Notes: a model not told the origin generated them from the sequence alone. Shown: positions 9,447-18,316, counted from the stretch's first letter. The stretch: DNA of 64,000 bases from Planctomycetota bacterium (GCA_047639315.1 JBLINQ010000002.1:6634-70633); one strand, 5' to 3'. Numbers and translations are program-made.

Positions 9447-10141
9447 TATTCACCTTTTTCCGCGTACAGCTCTCGAGCCATCACTTCTAAGGCCTTGAAG
9501 TCTGAGACCCGCTCGGCTCCGGCGCCATCGAAATACCCTCGAATGTGACCGTTTCGATCGACCAAGGCGCACTTCTTGGAGTGCATCAGCGCATCTGTGT
9601 CATTGAGAAGGAAGAAACCATGGCGACCCAACGCCTGGACGTCCTTTTGAGCGGCGCGAAGGAAATGCCAGCGCTCGTTGTTGGCTTTGTATTCGGCCGC
9701 ATACTCCTTCAGGGCTAACAGGGAGTCACGGTCTGGATCGACAGAGAAACTGACGAAGTTGAGATCAGGTAGATCGGTCGTCCGCTCTTGCAGCAATTGA
9801 GTCATTTGACTCATTTCAGGGCAATAGCCAGCACAGCTGGTGAAGATGAATTCTGCAACCCAAACTTTGCCTTTGAGGTCTTCGAGCCCAAGCTTGCCGC
9901 CGTTGGCGGAAGCGAAACGGAAGGGTGGCACAGGAGAGTCGAGCTTCTTGGCGCTCGTCTCATCGGTCTTGCCCGTCGCAATGGGTGATTTGACGTTCCG
10001 ACGCTCCTGCAATTGGTCTTTTAAGCCGAGTTTTCGATTGGAAAGGCTCCAAGCTGCTGCGCATGCTAGAAGAATAGCGGCAATAGTGACCGTGGAAACG
10101 ACGATTTTTTTGTTGGGAGCTGATTCAGCCATCTTTCTCAC
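9446..10141 (-). CDS. SCO1/SenC family copper chaperone / thiol-disulfide protein
   Basis: N-terminal TM anchor and a thioredoxin-like fold with the CxxxC copper motif FIFTSCAGYCPEM. It has cox gene context and a 1-nt overlap with the downstream DUF420 gene. Confidence 0.85.
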   Translation of the reverse strand: MRKMAESAPNKKIVVSTVTIAAILLACAAAWSLSNRKLGLKDQLQERRNVKSPIATGKTDETSAKKLDSPVPPFRFASANGGKLGLEDLKGKVWVAEFIFTSCAGYCPEMSQMTQLLQERTTDLPDLNFVSFSVDPDRDSLLALKEYAAEYKANNERWHFLRAAQKDVQALGRHGFFLLNDTDALMHSKKCALVDRNGHIRGYFDGAGAERVSDFKALEVMARELYAEKGE

Positions 10142-10411
10142 CTACTGGAACGAGTTCTATCCTTCAGTTTAGCCTCCTCAAAGCTCAGACCCCAGAGGAG
10201 GCAGTTGAGGGACAATAAGACGCACCCTTATGGACCCCGTCTAAAGCCCCTCTGGACTTGCTAAATTCCCCAAAGACGCTATATCTGTGGAGGGCCGAAG
10301 TACCCTCTTTCTGGGAGCGGTCTGTCCATTTGGTCGGCCGGCAGAACCCCGTGTTTTGAGGTCTTTCTGTTAGCTCGGCTTAGCCCCTTTGGGTTAGCAA
10401 AGAGAAAAGGG

Positions 10412-11308
10412 ATGTTGATGTCTCACGGCAAATTGGCACCGAGTCTTGTGTTGCTGCTTTTGGTCTCGTCGTTGATGCCTCTCGTAGGCTGCGATGGTGG
10501 TCCGAAACGGCGTGGACCCCAGAACTACACTGAGTATCGTGCCATAAACGATCCTCGCTATCGTGGCGCCAAGGGTGGCGCTGTTGAAGATACTGGCGAT
10601 GGTGATTTCGGCCCGACTTCCGGCGAAGTCTCAGTAACCTCCAGTGACGCGATCCGGACGGGAACAGTTCCGAATTCCGGCACCGTCAAAGGGATGGTTA
10701 AGTACACCGGCAAGGCCTCGAAGCCGAAGAAGATCAACAACTCGAAAACCGGGTACTGTGTCGAGGCTGCCACGCTCTACAGAGAAGACCTCTTGGTCTC
10801 GAATAGCGGTGGTTTGCAAAACGTCGTCGTCTATATCTCCAAGGGATTTCAAAGGTTCGAATTCGAGCCTTCTGCCAGCCCTTTCCAGATCAATCAGCAA
10901 GCATGTCGCTACGTGCCGCACATTGTCGCAGCCATGGCTGGGCAAGAGCTAGCGATCCAGAACAGTGACAAGACACCACACAACTATCATTTCTCTGGCC
11001 TCGCTAATCCTGGTATTAATAAGACCCAAGCGGTTCCTACGACCAATACGGAGGTCTTGGAGAACCCTGAAGTTGGGGCCAGCTTCGCTTGCGATATCCA
11101 TCCTTGGATGCAGGCGCCGGTTTACATCTTCAAGCATCCTTACTTCACTGTTTCGAGTGAAGACGGAAGCTTCGAGATCAAGAACCTGCCCGCTGGCACG
11201 TATCAAATTAGCTTTGCCCATGAGCGCAATGACATGAAGACGGTCGTGCAAACGGTCACCATTGAGCCTGGCAAGGAAGTGGCCATCAACGCGGAGATCA
11301 GTCGCTGA
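10412..11308 (+). CDS. lipoprotein with amicyanin-like cupredoxin motif plus carboxypeptidase-regulatory-like beta-sandwich
   Basis: Lipobox SSLMPLVGC. Putative type-1 Cu ligands are TPHNYHF ... CDIHPWM (compare the amicyanin C-x-x-H-P-F-M loop). The C-terminal FTVSSEDGSFEIKNLPAGTYQISF is a CarboxypepD_reg-like signature. Its stop overlaps the next ORF. Confidence 0.55.
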   Translation: MLMSHGKLAPSLVLLLLVSSLMPLVGCDGGPKRRGPQNYTEYRAINDPRYRGAKGGAVEDTGDGDFGPTSGEVSVTSSDAIRTGTVPNSGTVKGMVKYTGKASKPKKINNSKTGYCVEAATLYREDLLVSNSGGLQNVVVYISKGFQRFEFEPSASPFQINQQACRYVPHIVAAMAGQELAIQNSDKTPHNYHFSGLANPGINKTQAVPTTNTEVLENPEVGASFACDIHPWMQAPVYIFKHPYFTVSSEDGSFEIKNLPAGTYQISFAHERNDMKTVVQTVTIEPGKEVAINAEISR

Positions 11309-11382
11309 TGACGACCTCAACGAAAAAACGCGGCCTGCGCGCCGCCTTGATTTCACTCGGTGCCCTGAAGGAGAATCATCCT

Positions 11383-12210
11383 ATGAATTGGCGCAGCTTA
11401 CGGGCGAAAGTCATCGCACCCATATTTGCTGTCCTTTGCCTTGCTGCCCCAGCAATGAGTCAGAGGGGCTGGTTGCTTCCTGAAGCGATTTCCGAAACTG
11501 CTCAGAAGACTGATGACCTCTTTTGGTTGATCTTCTGGTTGGTTGGCATCGTGTTCGTTGGCACCGAAGGCTTGTTGATTTATTTCATCATCAAGTATCG
11601 CGCCAAGGAAGGTGGGAAAGCCCACTACATCCACGGCAACTACAAGGCCGAATTGATCTGGACCGCAACCCCAGCGATCATCCTGCTCCTCTTGGCCGTC
11701 CTTCAGTTCCAAACATGGGCTGAAATCAAAGATCCAGCGACTTTCCCAACTCAAGAAGACGACAACGCCGTTCAGGTGCATGTCTTGGCTCAGCAGTTTG
11801 CATGGAATTTCCGCTATCAGGGTCCAGACGAAGAATGGGGTACTGACGACGATTTCACCATCGAAAATGTCCTCATGGTTCCAAAGGATCGTCCGGTCAT
11901 ATTGCAGATGCGTTCGATCGACGTGATCCATTCTCTTTACTTGCCAGAGCTTCGTTTCAAGCAGGATTTGGTTCCTGGTTTGACGATGACTGGCTGGTTC
12001 GAAGCCAACAAAGCAGGCGAGTACGAAATCGCTTGCGCCGAACTTTGCGGTGCTTCCCACTACACCATGAGAGCTCTGATGACGATTCATGAGCCTGACG
12101 AGTGGGACGCCAAGGTAGCCGAACTATCGAAAGCACAAGGCGGAATCGACTATGAGTCGTCCGTGCAAAACTTTCGTTATTGGCGTCCAGAAGAGTTCGA
12201 ACAGAAGTAG
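11383..12210 (+). CDS. ctaC: cytochrome c oxidase subunit II (CuA subunit, no fused cytochrome c domain)
   Basis: CuA site HSLYLPE...CAELCGASHYTM, with a signal peptide and two TM helices. I prefer ATG 11383, which has AAGGAG 9 nt upstream, over the track start 11308. There is no CxxCH motif anywhere in the protein. Confidence 0.85.
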   Translation: MNWRSLRAKVIAPIFAVLCLAAPAMSQRGWLLPEAISETAQKTDDLFWLIFWLVGIVFVGTEGLLIYFIIKYRAKEGGKAHYIHGNYKAELIWTATPAIILLLLAVLQFQTWAEIKDPATFPTQEDDNAVQVHVLAQQFAWNFRYQGPDEEWGTDDDFTIENVLMVPKDRPVILQMRSIDVIHSLYLPELRFKQDLVPGLTMTGWFEANKAGEYEIACAELCGASHYTMRALMTIHEPDEWDAKVAELSKAQGGIDYESSVQNFRYWRPEEFEQK

Positions 12211-12258
12211 TGTTCAAGCTGCCCGCCTATGGGGCAGGCAAAGGTCTGAGGAATTAGT

Positions 12259-14073
12259 ATGAACGCATCAGCAGCATCAGCTGACCACGATGATCACGGA
12301 GATCATGGCCACCACGAAGAGAGCTTCATTCAGAAGTACTTCTTTACGGTTGACCATAAGATGATCGCAAAGCAGTTCCTGTTTTCAGGAATGTTGCTCT
12401 TTGCCTTGGGTGGTTTACTTGCCATCGCCGTCCGTTGGCAATTGGCTTGGCCATTCTCGGACATTCCGATATTTGGTCAATTCTCGCCAGAGAACTATTA
12501 CGCCGCAGTCACCATGCATGCGTCGGTGATGATCTTCTTGGTCATTATCCCGTTGATGGTTGGCTTCTTCGGTAACTGGTGCATACCACTGATGCTTGGC
12601 GCACCGGACATGGTGTTCCCAAGACTGAACATGTGGAGCTTCTGGATGTTCGTGCCTGGCGCGATCTTCATGCTCGCTGGGTTCTTTGTCGAGGGTGGAC
12701 CGAACGGGGCAGGTTGGACTTCGTATCCACCACTCTCCGCGATTCAAGAAGGCAATGGCGTGACGTTCTGGGCCTTGGGCGTCTTGTTCACCGGTTTCTC
12801 CGGTGTCATGGGTGCGGTCAACTACATCACCACAGTGTTGAAGTTCCGCGCACCTGGAATGACTCTCTTCCGTATGCCTTTGGTGGTTTGGTCGATCTTC
12901 ATTACATCGATCTTGACTCTCTTGGCGACACCAGTCTTGGCATCGACCTTGATCATGGTGTTCCTCGACCGCGTTGCCGGAACAAGTTTCTTCTGCCCTG
13001 ATGGATTGGTTGCTGGTAAGCAAATCTACTCTGGACCAGACGGTGTCGGCCAAGTGGTCAAAGCCGGTGGTGGACAAGTCCTCTTGTTCCAGCATCTCTT
13101 CTGGTTCTATAGCCATCCTGCAGTTTACATCATGGTTCTGCCGGGCATGGGCATTGTCTCTGACATCCTCTCAACATTCGCTCGCAAACCAGTTTTCGGC
13201 TACAAGCCAATGGTCTACTCCATGAGTGGTATCACCGGGATGGGCTTCTTCGTCTGGGGACACCATATGTTCCAATCAGGCATGAATCCTTACCTTGGCC
13301 TGACCTTCATGGTCTCGACGATGTTCATTGCGTTGCCAAGTGCGATTAAGGTATTCAACTGGCTTGGCACCATCTGGCGTGGTCAGCTTCACTTTGAAGT
13401 GCCAATGCTCTTCGCGCTGTCGTTCGTTGGTATGTTCATCATCGGTGGACTCTCAGGTATCTTCATGGCGGCAACGCCAGTCGATATCCATCTTCACGAC
13501 ACCTACTTCATCGTTGCTCATATTCACTATGTGGTGTTCGCTTCGACTGTCATGTCGATCTTCGCGGCGGTTTACTACTGGTTCCCGAAGATGTTTGGCC
13601 GGATGATGAACAAGACCTTGGGACAGATTCATTTCTGGCTGACCCTCTTGTTCTTGAACGGCACATTCATGCTGATGCATTATGTGGGTACTCAAGGTCA
13701 CCCTCGTCGTATCGCCGTGGGTGCTTGGGACGAGGCCACGAACACGGGTTACAAGTACCTGGAAGACTTCCACTGGGCGAACCAGTTCATGACCATTTCG
13801 GCCATCTGCTTGGGCTTCGCTCAGATTCCGTTCTTCTTTAACCTCTTTGTCAGCGTCTATAAGGGCGACAAAGCTCCCGACAATCCGTGGCGTGCAAACT
13901 CCCTGGAGTGGGCTGCCCCAACGCCTCCTCCTCATGGAAACTTTAGTAGTCCAATCCAAGTTTACCGGGGTCCTTACGAGTACAGCCATCCTGACATGAA
14001 AGAGGATTACACTCCTCAGCATATTGAGGACGGCGTACCTGTGCCCGGTACAACGACGGTCGCTTCGAACTAA
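12259..14073 (+). CDS. ctaD: cytochrome c oxidase subunit I
   Basis: 604 aa and polytopic, with canonical heme-copper oxidase motifs (WFYSHPAVYIMVLPGMG, GHHMF, HDTYFIVAHIHYV). Confidence 0.95.
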   Translation: MNASAASADHDDHGDHGHHEESFIQKYFFTVDHKMIAKQFLFSGMLLFALGGLLAIAVRWQLAWPFSDIPIFGQFSPENYYAAVTMHASVMIFLVIIPLMVGFFGNWCIPLMLGAPDMVFPRLNMWSFWMFVPGAIFMLAGFFVEGGPNGAGWTSYPPLSAIQEGNGVTFWALGVLFTGFSGVMGAVNYITTVLKFRAPGMTLFRMPLVVWSIFITSILTLLATPVLASTLIMVFLDRVAGTSFFCPDGLVAGKQIYSGPDGVGQVVKAGGGQVLLFQHLFWFYSHPAVYIMVLPGMGIVSDILSTFARKPVFGYKPMVYSMSGITGMGFFVWGHHMFQSGMNPYLGLTFMVSTMFIALPSAIKVFNWLGTIWRGQLHFEVPMLFALSFVGMFIIGGLSGIFMAATPVDIHLHDTYFIVAHIHYVVFASTVMSIFAAVYYWFPKMFGRMMNKTLGQIHFWLTLLFLNGTFMLMHYVGTQGHPRRIAVGAWDEATNTGYKYLEDFHWANQFMTISAICLGFAQIPFFFNLFVSVYKGDKAPDNPWRANSLEWAAPTPPPHGNFSSPIQVYRGPYEYSHPDMKEDYTPQHIEDGVPVPGTTTVASN

Positions 14074-14105
14074 ACGTCGAGAAGGTAGATAACGGTAATT
14101 CAGTC

Positions 14106-14966
14106 ATGTGGTCTCAAGTCTCACAATATCTCGCAATGACCAAGCCGCGAGCCATGCTCGTCGTCCTCATGACGACAGCTGCTGGCTACTTCTTGGCCCA
14201 AACGGGAGAGACAGAGTGGTGGACCCTGACGAGTTTGTTGATCGGCGCAGGCCTCTCCGGTGGTGGTTCAATTGTTCTGAACCAGTTTTTGGAACGTGAC
14301 CATGATCGGTTGATGGTCAGGACGCAGAACCGACCACTGCCTTCCGGTGCCGTGATGCCTTTGAATGCCCTCATCTATGGCATTCTGTTGAGCTTCATCG
14401 GAACTGCGTGGCTGGCCATTGGCGTCAATGCAATCACCGCCATCTTAGGTGGCCTCTGTGTTCTGTCTTACGTTCTTATCTACACACCGATGAAGCGGAC
14501 GACCCACTGGAACACCGCGGTTGGCGCGATTCCAGGTGCCATCCCACCCATGATGGGGTGGACGGCCGTAACAGGATCTATTGATTTGGAGGCATGGGTT
14601 CTCTTCGGAGTCCTCTTCCTCTGGCAATATCCCCATTTCTTGGCGTTGGGTTGGATGTATCGCAAGGACTATGCTGACGCTGGTTATCGTATGCTTTCCC
14701 GCATTGACCTTTCAGGCGAGCGGACGGCAAGACAGGTTCTGCTCAATACAAGTTTGCTGACAGTCTTTACGCTCTTGCCAGCAAGTATGGGATGGGCAGG
14801 CGTCGTGTATGCGATGGGTGCGCCAATTTTGGGTCTTGGTCTGTTGGCTTTAGGCGTTGCCTTTTATCGCCAACGAAGCGACCTGATGGCCAGACTGCTC
14901 TTGCGCGGCACCATTGTGCACATAACGTTACTGATGGTTCTTTTGGTTATGGATAGGACGTCATGA
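14106..14966 (+). CDS. ctaB: protoheme IX farnesyltransferase (heme O synthase)
   Basis: A UbiA-family polytopic protein with NQFLERDHDRLMVRTQNRPLPSG and WQYPHFLALGW motifs, directly downstream of ctaD. Confidence 0.9.
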   Translation: MWSQVSQYLAMTKPRAMLVVLMTTAAGYFLAQTGETEWWTLTSLLIGAGLSGGGSIVLNQFLERDHDRLMVRTQNRPLPSGAVMPLNALIYGILLSFIGTAWLAIGVNAITAILGGLCVLSYVLIYTPMKRTTHWNTAVGAIPGAIPPMMGWTAVTGSIDLEAWVLFGVLFLWQYPHFLALGWMYRKDYADAGYRMLSRIDLSGERTARQVLLNTSLLTVFTLLPASMGWAGVVYAMGAPILGLGLLALGVAFYRQRSDLMARLLLRGTIVHITLLMVLLVMDRTS

Positions 14967-15205
14967 TGCGACATCTATCACTGATCTTCTTGGTCATGGC
15001 ACTCTTGGCCGTCGAGGCATTCGCCTGACCAAGCTGAAAGCAGGCCGTTAATTCCGCCGTGGTCACGCCGGATTCATCAGAGTGGTTTACGTCCATCGTC
15101 TTGATGGTGTCTCTCCCCGTCCTCATGGTCGGCGGAACAATCACGACTTTGGTTGTGATGACGAAGAACGCCCAAGCCAAGCAGGAAGAAGACGAGTCGA
15201 TCTAA
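14963..15205 (+). CDS. candidate recoded small membrane protein: signal peptide - [TGA]-P-S-[TGA] - TM anchor (alternatively a 21-codon ORF plus a separate small ORF)
   Basis: ATG 14963 overlaps the ctaB stop (ATGA). The frame stays open to TAA 15203-15205 except for in-frame TGA codons at 15026-15028 and 15035-15037. The translation is MMRHLSLIFLVMALLAVEAFA-*-PS-*-KQAVNSAVVTPDSSEWFTSIVLMVSLPVLMVGGTITTLVVMTKNAQAKQEEDESI. A terminator follows. See findings. Confidence 0.3.
15053..15072 (+). promoter_or_regulatory. SECIS-like hairpin candidate downstream of the two in-frame TGA codons
   Basis: TCCG-C-CGT [GGTC] ACG-C-CGGA: 7 bp with one C-C mismatch and a GGUC apical loop. The loop lies 23 nt after the second TGA and 32 nt after the first. 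Confidence 0.2.
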
Positions 15206-15225
15206 GACGAGTCTCGCGTAAAAAA

Positions 15226-15267
15226 AATGGCGGCTTCATACCAGGCACTCGGGAGGAAGCCGCCATT
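15226..15267. terminator. bidirectional terminator hairpin between convergent cox operon and mtnA-purEC operon
   Basis: AATGGCGGCTTC ... GAAGCCGCCATT is a 12-bp perfect stem. It is preceded by A7 (a T-run for the minus strand) and followed by TTT. Confidence 0.7.
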
Positions 15268-15292
15268 TCAACATCTACGGCGAAGAATTGGA

Positions 15293-15496
15293 TTACTTGC
15301 TGTAACCCAAGTTCTTCAAGACCTGCAACACCTCGCTCCAGCTAGGGAATAATTGGCCCGTCTCACTCTTGAACGTCTCGATGGCTTGGATGAATTCTAG
15401 TTCTTCATCCGCAACCGGAGTCGCGTAGTGTGAAACTTTACGGCCTGAGCTGGGTGTCGTCATTGCGATCTCCGTGTCACGGTCGGGAATCGCCAT
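15293..15496 (-). CDS. small hypothetical protein (67 aa)
   Basis: An ORF between mtnA and the terminator hairpin on the same strand. No family was recognised. The acidic helical C-terminus EELEFIQAIETFKSETGQLFPSWSEVLQVLKNLGY looks protein-like. Confidence 0.4.
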   Translation of the reverse strand: MAIPDRDTEIAMTTPSSGRKVSHYATPVADEELEFIQAIETFKSETGQLFPSWSEVLQVLKNLGYSK

Positions 15497-15627
15497 CGTC
15501 TCTCTCCACTGGACTGCCTCAGGGGAACCAGGGCAGTGTGGTCAAAAAAGTCTCTCAATACCTTTATCGTTCAGAATGATCTATATCTTAAAAGAATGCC
15601 CTGTGGATCTATATTCAGGGTGAGAGC

Positions 15628-16677
15628 CTAAGAATTGAGGACGCGACGCACTTCCTCGGTGGTAACCGGAGTGATGATCCCCTTTTCGGTCACAATGCCC
15701 GTGATCAGGGCGGCAGGAGTGACATCGAAAGCCGGTGACCAAGTTTTCATACCTTCCGGGGTACAACGTTGATTGTTGATGATTGTGATCTCGGCAGGGT
15801 CTCGTTCTTCGATGGGGATCTCGTCACCGCCGGCGAGGCTGAGATCGAAGGTGGACTTCGGGGCGACGACATAGAAGGGGACGTTGTGAGCTTTGGCTAA
15901 GACTGCCAAGCCATAGGTTCCAATCTTGTTGGCGGCATCGCCGTTGGCTGCGATCCGGTCGGAGCCAACAAACACACGGCTGATACCTTGGGTCTTCATG
16001 GCGTGTGCGGCCATGTTGTCGCAAATCAATGTGGCATCAATGTCGGCTTCTTTGAGCTCCCATGCCGTCAGCCGCGCACCTTGGAGCAACGGACGTGTTT
16101 CGTCCACGAACACCCGGAACGCTCGGCCGGCCTCATGAGCGTGAAACATGACACTCAATGCGGTCCCGGAACCAGCTGTTGCGAGAGCGCCAGCATTGCA
16201 ATGGGTGATGAGGACGTCTTGGTCCTTGACCAATTCTGCTCCAATGCGCCCCAGCTCGTCACAGATCAACTGGTCTTCCAATTGAATCTGGCACGCTTCC
16301 TTGAAGATGGCCTCAACTTGCGCGGGCGGGGAAAGCTCAGCATTCTCGGTATGCAGGTTAGAAAGACGATCTAAGGCCCAGAAGAGATTCACGGCGGTCG
16401 GTCTCGATGAGGCTAAGTAGTCACAGGTCTCTTCCAGGTGTTGGTCCAGACTTGCCTCACCGTCTTCTTGCCATTTTTGCAAACCAAGAACGACGCCATA
16501 AGCGGCAGCGACTCCAATGGCGGGTGCTCCACGGATGGCAAGCCGCTTGATTGCGTCCCACATGGTTTCCTTGTCGCGAATCTCGATGTATCGCAACTCT
16601 CCGGGTAAGAGTGTCTGATCAATCAGAGTGGCATGTCCGTTGGCATCACCGTGCCAGATGATCGTAGGATTTCGCAT
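15628..16677 (-). CDS. mtnA: S-methyl-5-thioribose-1-phosphate isomerase (eIF-2B alpha/beta/delta family)
   Basis: N-terminus LIDQTLLPGELRYIEIRD...AIKRLAIRGAPAIGVAAAYG and C-terminal VGSDRIAANGDAANKIGTY...FDVTPA motifs typical of MtnA. Confidence 0.85.
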   Translation of the reverse strand: MRNPTIIWHGDANGHATLIDQTLLPGELRYIEIRDKETMWDAIKRLAIRGAPAIGVAAAYGVVLGLQKWQEDGEASLDQHLEETCDYLASSRPTAVNLFWALDRLSNLHTENAELSPPAQVEAIFKEACQIQLEDQLICDELGRIGAELVKDQDVLITHCNAGALATAGSGTALSVMFHAHEAGRAFRVFVDETRPLLQGARLTAWELKEADIDATLICDNMAAHAMKTQGISRVFVGSDRIAANGDAANKIGTYGLAVLAKAHNVPFYVVAPKSTFDLSLAGGDEIPIEERDPAEITIINNQRCTPEGMKTWSPAFDVTPAALITGIVTEKGIITPVTTEEVRRVLNS

Positions 16678-16688
16678 AGGGGGAGTTT

Positions 16689-17213
16689 CTATTCTCTGCG
16701 GAGCAGTTTTTGAACGCGTCGATCCATGGCAGCAACTTTGTCGGAAAGCTCATCACGATAGGCGTAGAGGCGATCTTTCAGTTCTCTGTCATGCAATGCC
16801 AAGATTTGGATAGCCTCGAAGGCAGCATTCTTAGCGCCATGCTTGCCAATGCCCATGCACGCGACTGGTATTCCACCTGGCATTTGGACCATCGAGTGGA
16901 GCGCATCTAAACCTTTGAAGGCGGGCGTTTCCATTGGCACACCGATGACCGGGAGGATCGTGTAAGACGCGACAGCACCGGCCAAGTGAGCCGACATGCC
17001 AGCAGCGCATATCATCACTTGAATGCCCTTGCCCTCAGCCTCCCTGGCGATGCGCTCGACAACATGGGGAGCCCGGTGGGAGGAGGCCACGGTCACCTGG
17101 TTAGGCACGCCGAACTCCTCAAGTACTTCCACACAAGGTTTCATGGCATCAAAGTCAGACTCGCTGCCTATCAGGATCATGACGAGTGGGTCACTCATGG
17201 TTGATTCTCTCAA
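16689..17213 (-). CDS. purE: 5-(carboxyamino)imidazole ribonucleotide mutase
   Basis: ILIGSESDF...VASSHRAP...ICAAGMSAHLAGAVAS...PVIGVP are the classical PurE motifs. Confidence 0.9.
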   Translation of the reverse strand: MRESTMSDPLVMILIGSESDFDAMKPCVEVLEEFGVPNQVTVASSHRAPHVVERIAREAEGKGIQVMICAAGMSAHLAGAVASYTILPVIGVPMETPAFKGLDALHSMVQMPGGIPVACMGIGKHGAKNAAFEAIQILALHDRELKDRLYAYRDELSDKVAAMDRRVQKLLRRE

Positions 17214-17220
17214 TTGCTGG

Positions 17221-18159
17221 TTAGACGCTTAGCGGCTTGCCGGTGAGCAACTCATAGATCTCTAAATAGCGGCCAGCGGCAACTTCAAGGATCTCCTCGG
17301 GCACAGCAGGTGGCGCTGAGGTCTTGTCCCAGCCACTGGTTTCGAGCCAGTCGCGAACGACCTGCTTGTCGAAACTGGGTGGATCCTCGCCTTTTGGCGT
17401 GGCGTTCTTCTCGTCTGTCTTCCAAAACCGCGATGAATCGGGGGTGAAGGCCTCGTCGATCAGAGTCAGCGCTCCATCAACCAAGCCCCACTCGAGCTTG
17501 GTGTCGCAAAGGGTGATGCCACAGGAAGCGGCGTGCTCAGAGCATGCTGCAAAGGCATCCAGCGTGCGTTGTTTCATTGGTGTGGCCCATTTTTCGCCCA
17601 CGGCCTTGGCGAATCCATCCCAATCAACGTTTTCGTCATGGAGACCGACTTGCGCTTTGGTTGATGGAGTGAAAATCGCTGGGCTAATCGGATCGCCTTT
17701 GGCCATGCCTGTGGGCAGATCGATCCCGCAAACTTGGCCGGTTCGTTGGTAGTCCTTCCAACCAGATCCGACGAGGTAGCCTCGAACAATGCATTCAGCG
17801 TCAAAGGGAGTGGCTTTTAGGCAGAGCATGCTCCGGCCCCGCAGGACGTCGGCATGCTTCTTGACTGCCTCAGGCATTTCATCCACATCTGCAGTGACCA
17901 GGTGATTCGGCGTGACATCCTTGAGCAAGTTGAACCAGAAGAGGGAGATCTGAGTGAGCACGGCTCCTTTATTGGGAACCGGCGACTGTAAAATGTGGTC
18001 AAAGGCAGAAATGCGATCCGTCGCGACGATCAGGAGATGTTCCCCTGTGTCGTAGATGTCGCGCACTTTGCCCCGAACCTTGAGTTCTAGACCTTTCAGA
18101 TCTGTTTGCTGAACTGTGGGAATTGCCATCATCGTCCCCTCGCGTTGGTCGTTTGCCAA
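17221..18159 (-). CDS. purC: phosphoribosylaminoimidazole-succinocarboxamide synthase
   Basis: 312-aa long-form SAICAR synthetase with GKVRDIYD...LLIVATDRISAFD...CDTKLEWG motifs. Confidence 0.9.
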   Translation of the reverse strand: MANDQREGTMMAIPTVQQTDLKGLELKVRGKVRDIYDTGEHLLIVATDRISAFDHILQSPVPNKGAVLTQISLFWFNLLKDVTPNHLVTADVDEMPEAVKKHADVLRGRSMLCLKATPFDAECIVRGYLVGSGWKDYQRTGQVCGIDLPTGMAKGDPISPAIFTPSTKAQVGLHDENVDWDGFAKAVGEKWATPMKQRTLDAFAACSEHAASCGITLCDTKLEWGLVDGALTLIDEAFTPDSSRFWKTDEKNATPKGEDPPSFDKQVVRDWLETSGWDKTSAPPAVPEEILEVAAGRYLEIYELLTGKPLSV

Positions 18160-18233
18160 TGGGAGCAGGCACGGAATCCTTGATTGAATTCCTGCTGCTC
18201 ACATGTGCAAATTTATACCTAACGTCCCGGGTA

Positions 18234-18309
18234 GGCAATTAGATGTGCCCGGAATGGCAATTAGATTGATGGGATTTAGGACAATTGTACGCCATCAAGA
18301 ATTGATGGG
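18234..18309. promoter_or_regulatory. repeat-motif array in the purC upstream region (candidate operator sites)
   Basis: GGCAATTAGAT occurs at 18234-18244 and 18256-18266, a 22-bp period. ATTGATGGG occurs at 18265-18273 and 18301-18309. There is an inverted repeat CCATCAA-GAA-TTGATGG at 18292-18308. Confidence 0.3.
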
Positions 18310-18316
18310 TTCCGTA

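Noticed and set aside
10172-10203. GC-rich hairpin GCCTCCTC-N15-GAGGAGGC between the SCO gene and the cox operon, considered as a terminator
   Set aside because: It has no U-run on either strand and no upstream gene to terminate, because it sits in a divergent promoter region. It may be a 5'-UTR structure, but the evidence is too weak to call.
14963-15205. Genome-wide reassignment of TGA (genetic code 4 or 25) as the explanation for the two in-frame TGA codons
   Set aside because: TGA clearly terminates many well-conserved genes in this window at the expected protein ends, including ctaB, the uvrA fusion, XPB and the ECF sigma factor. Any read-through must therefore be local recoding and not a different code.
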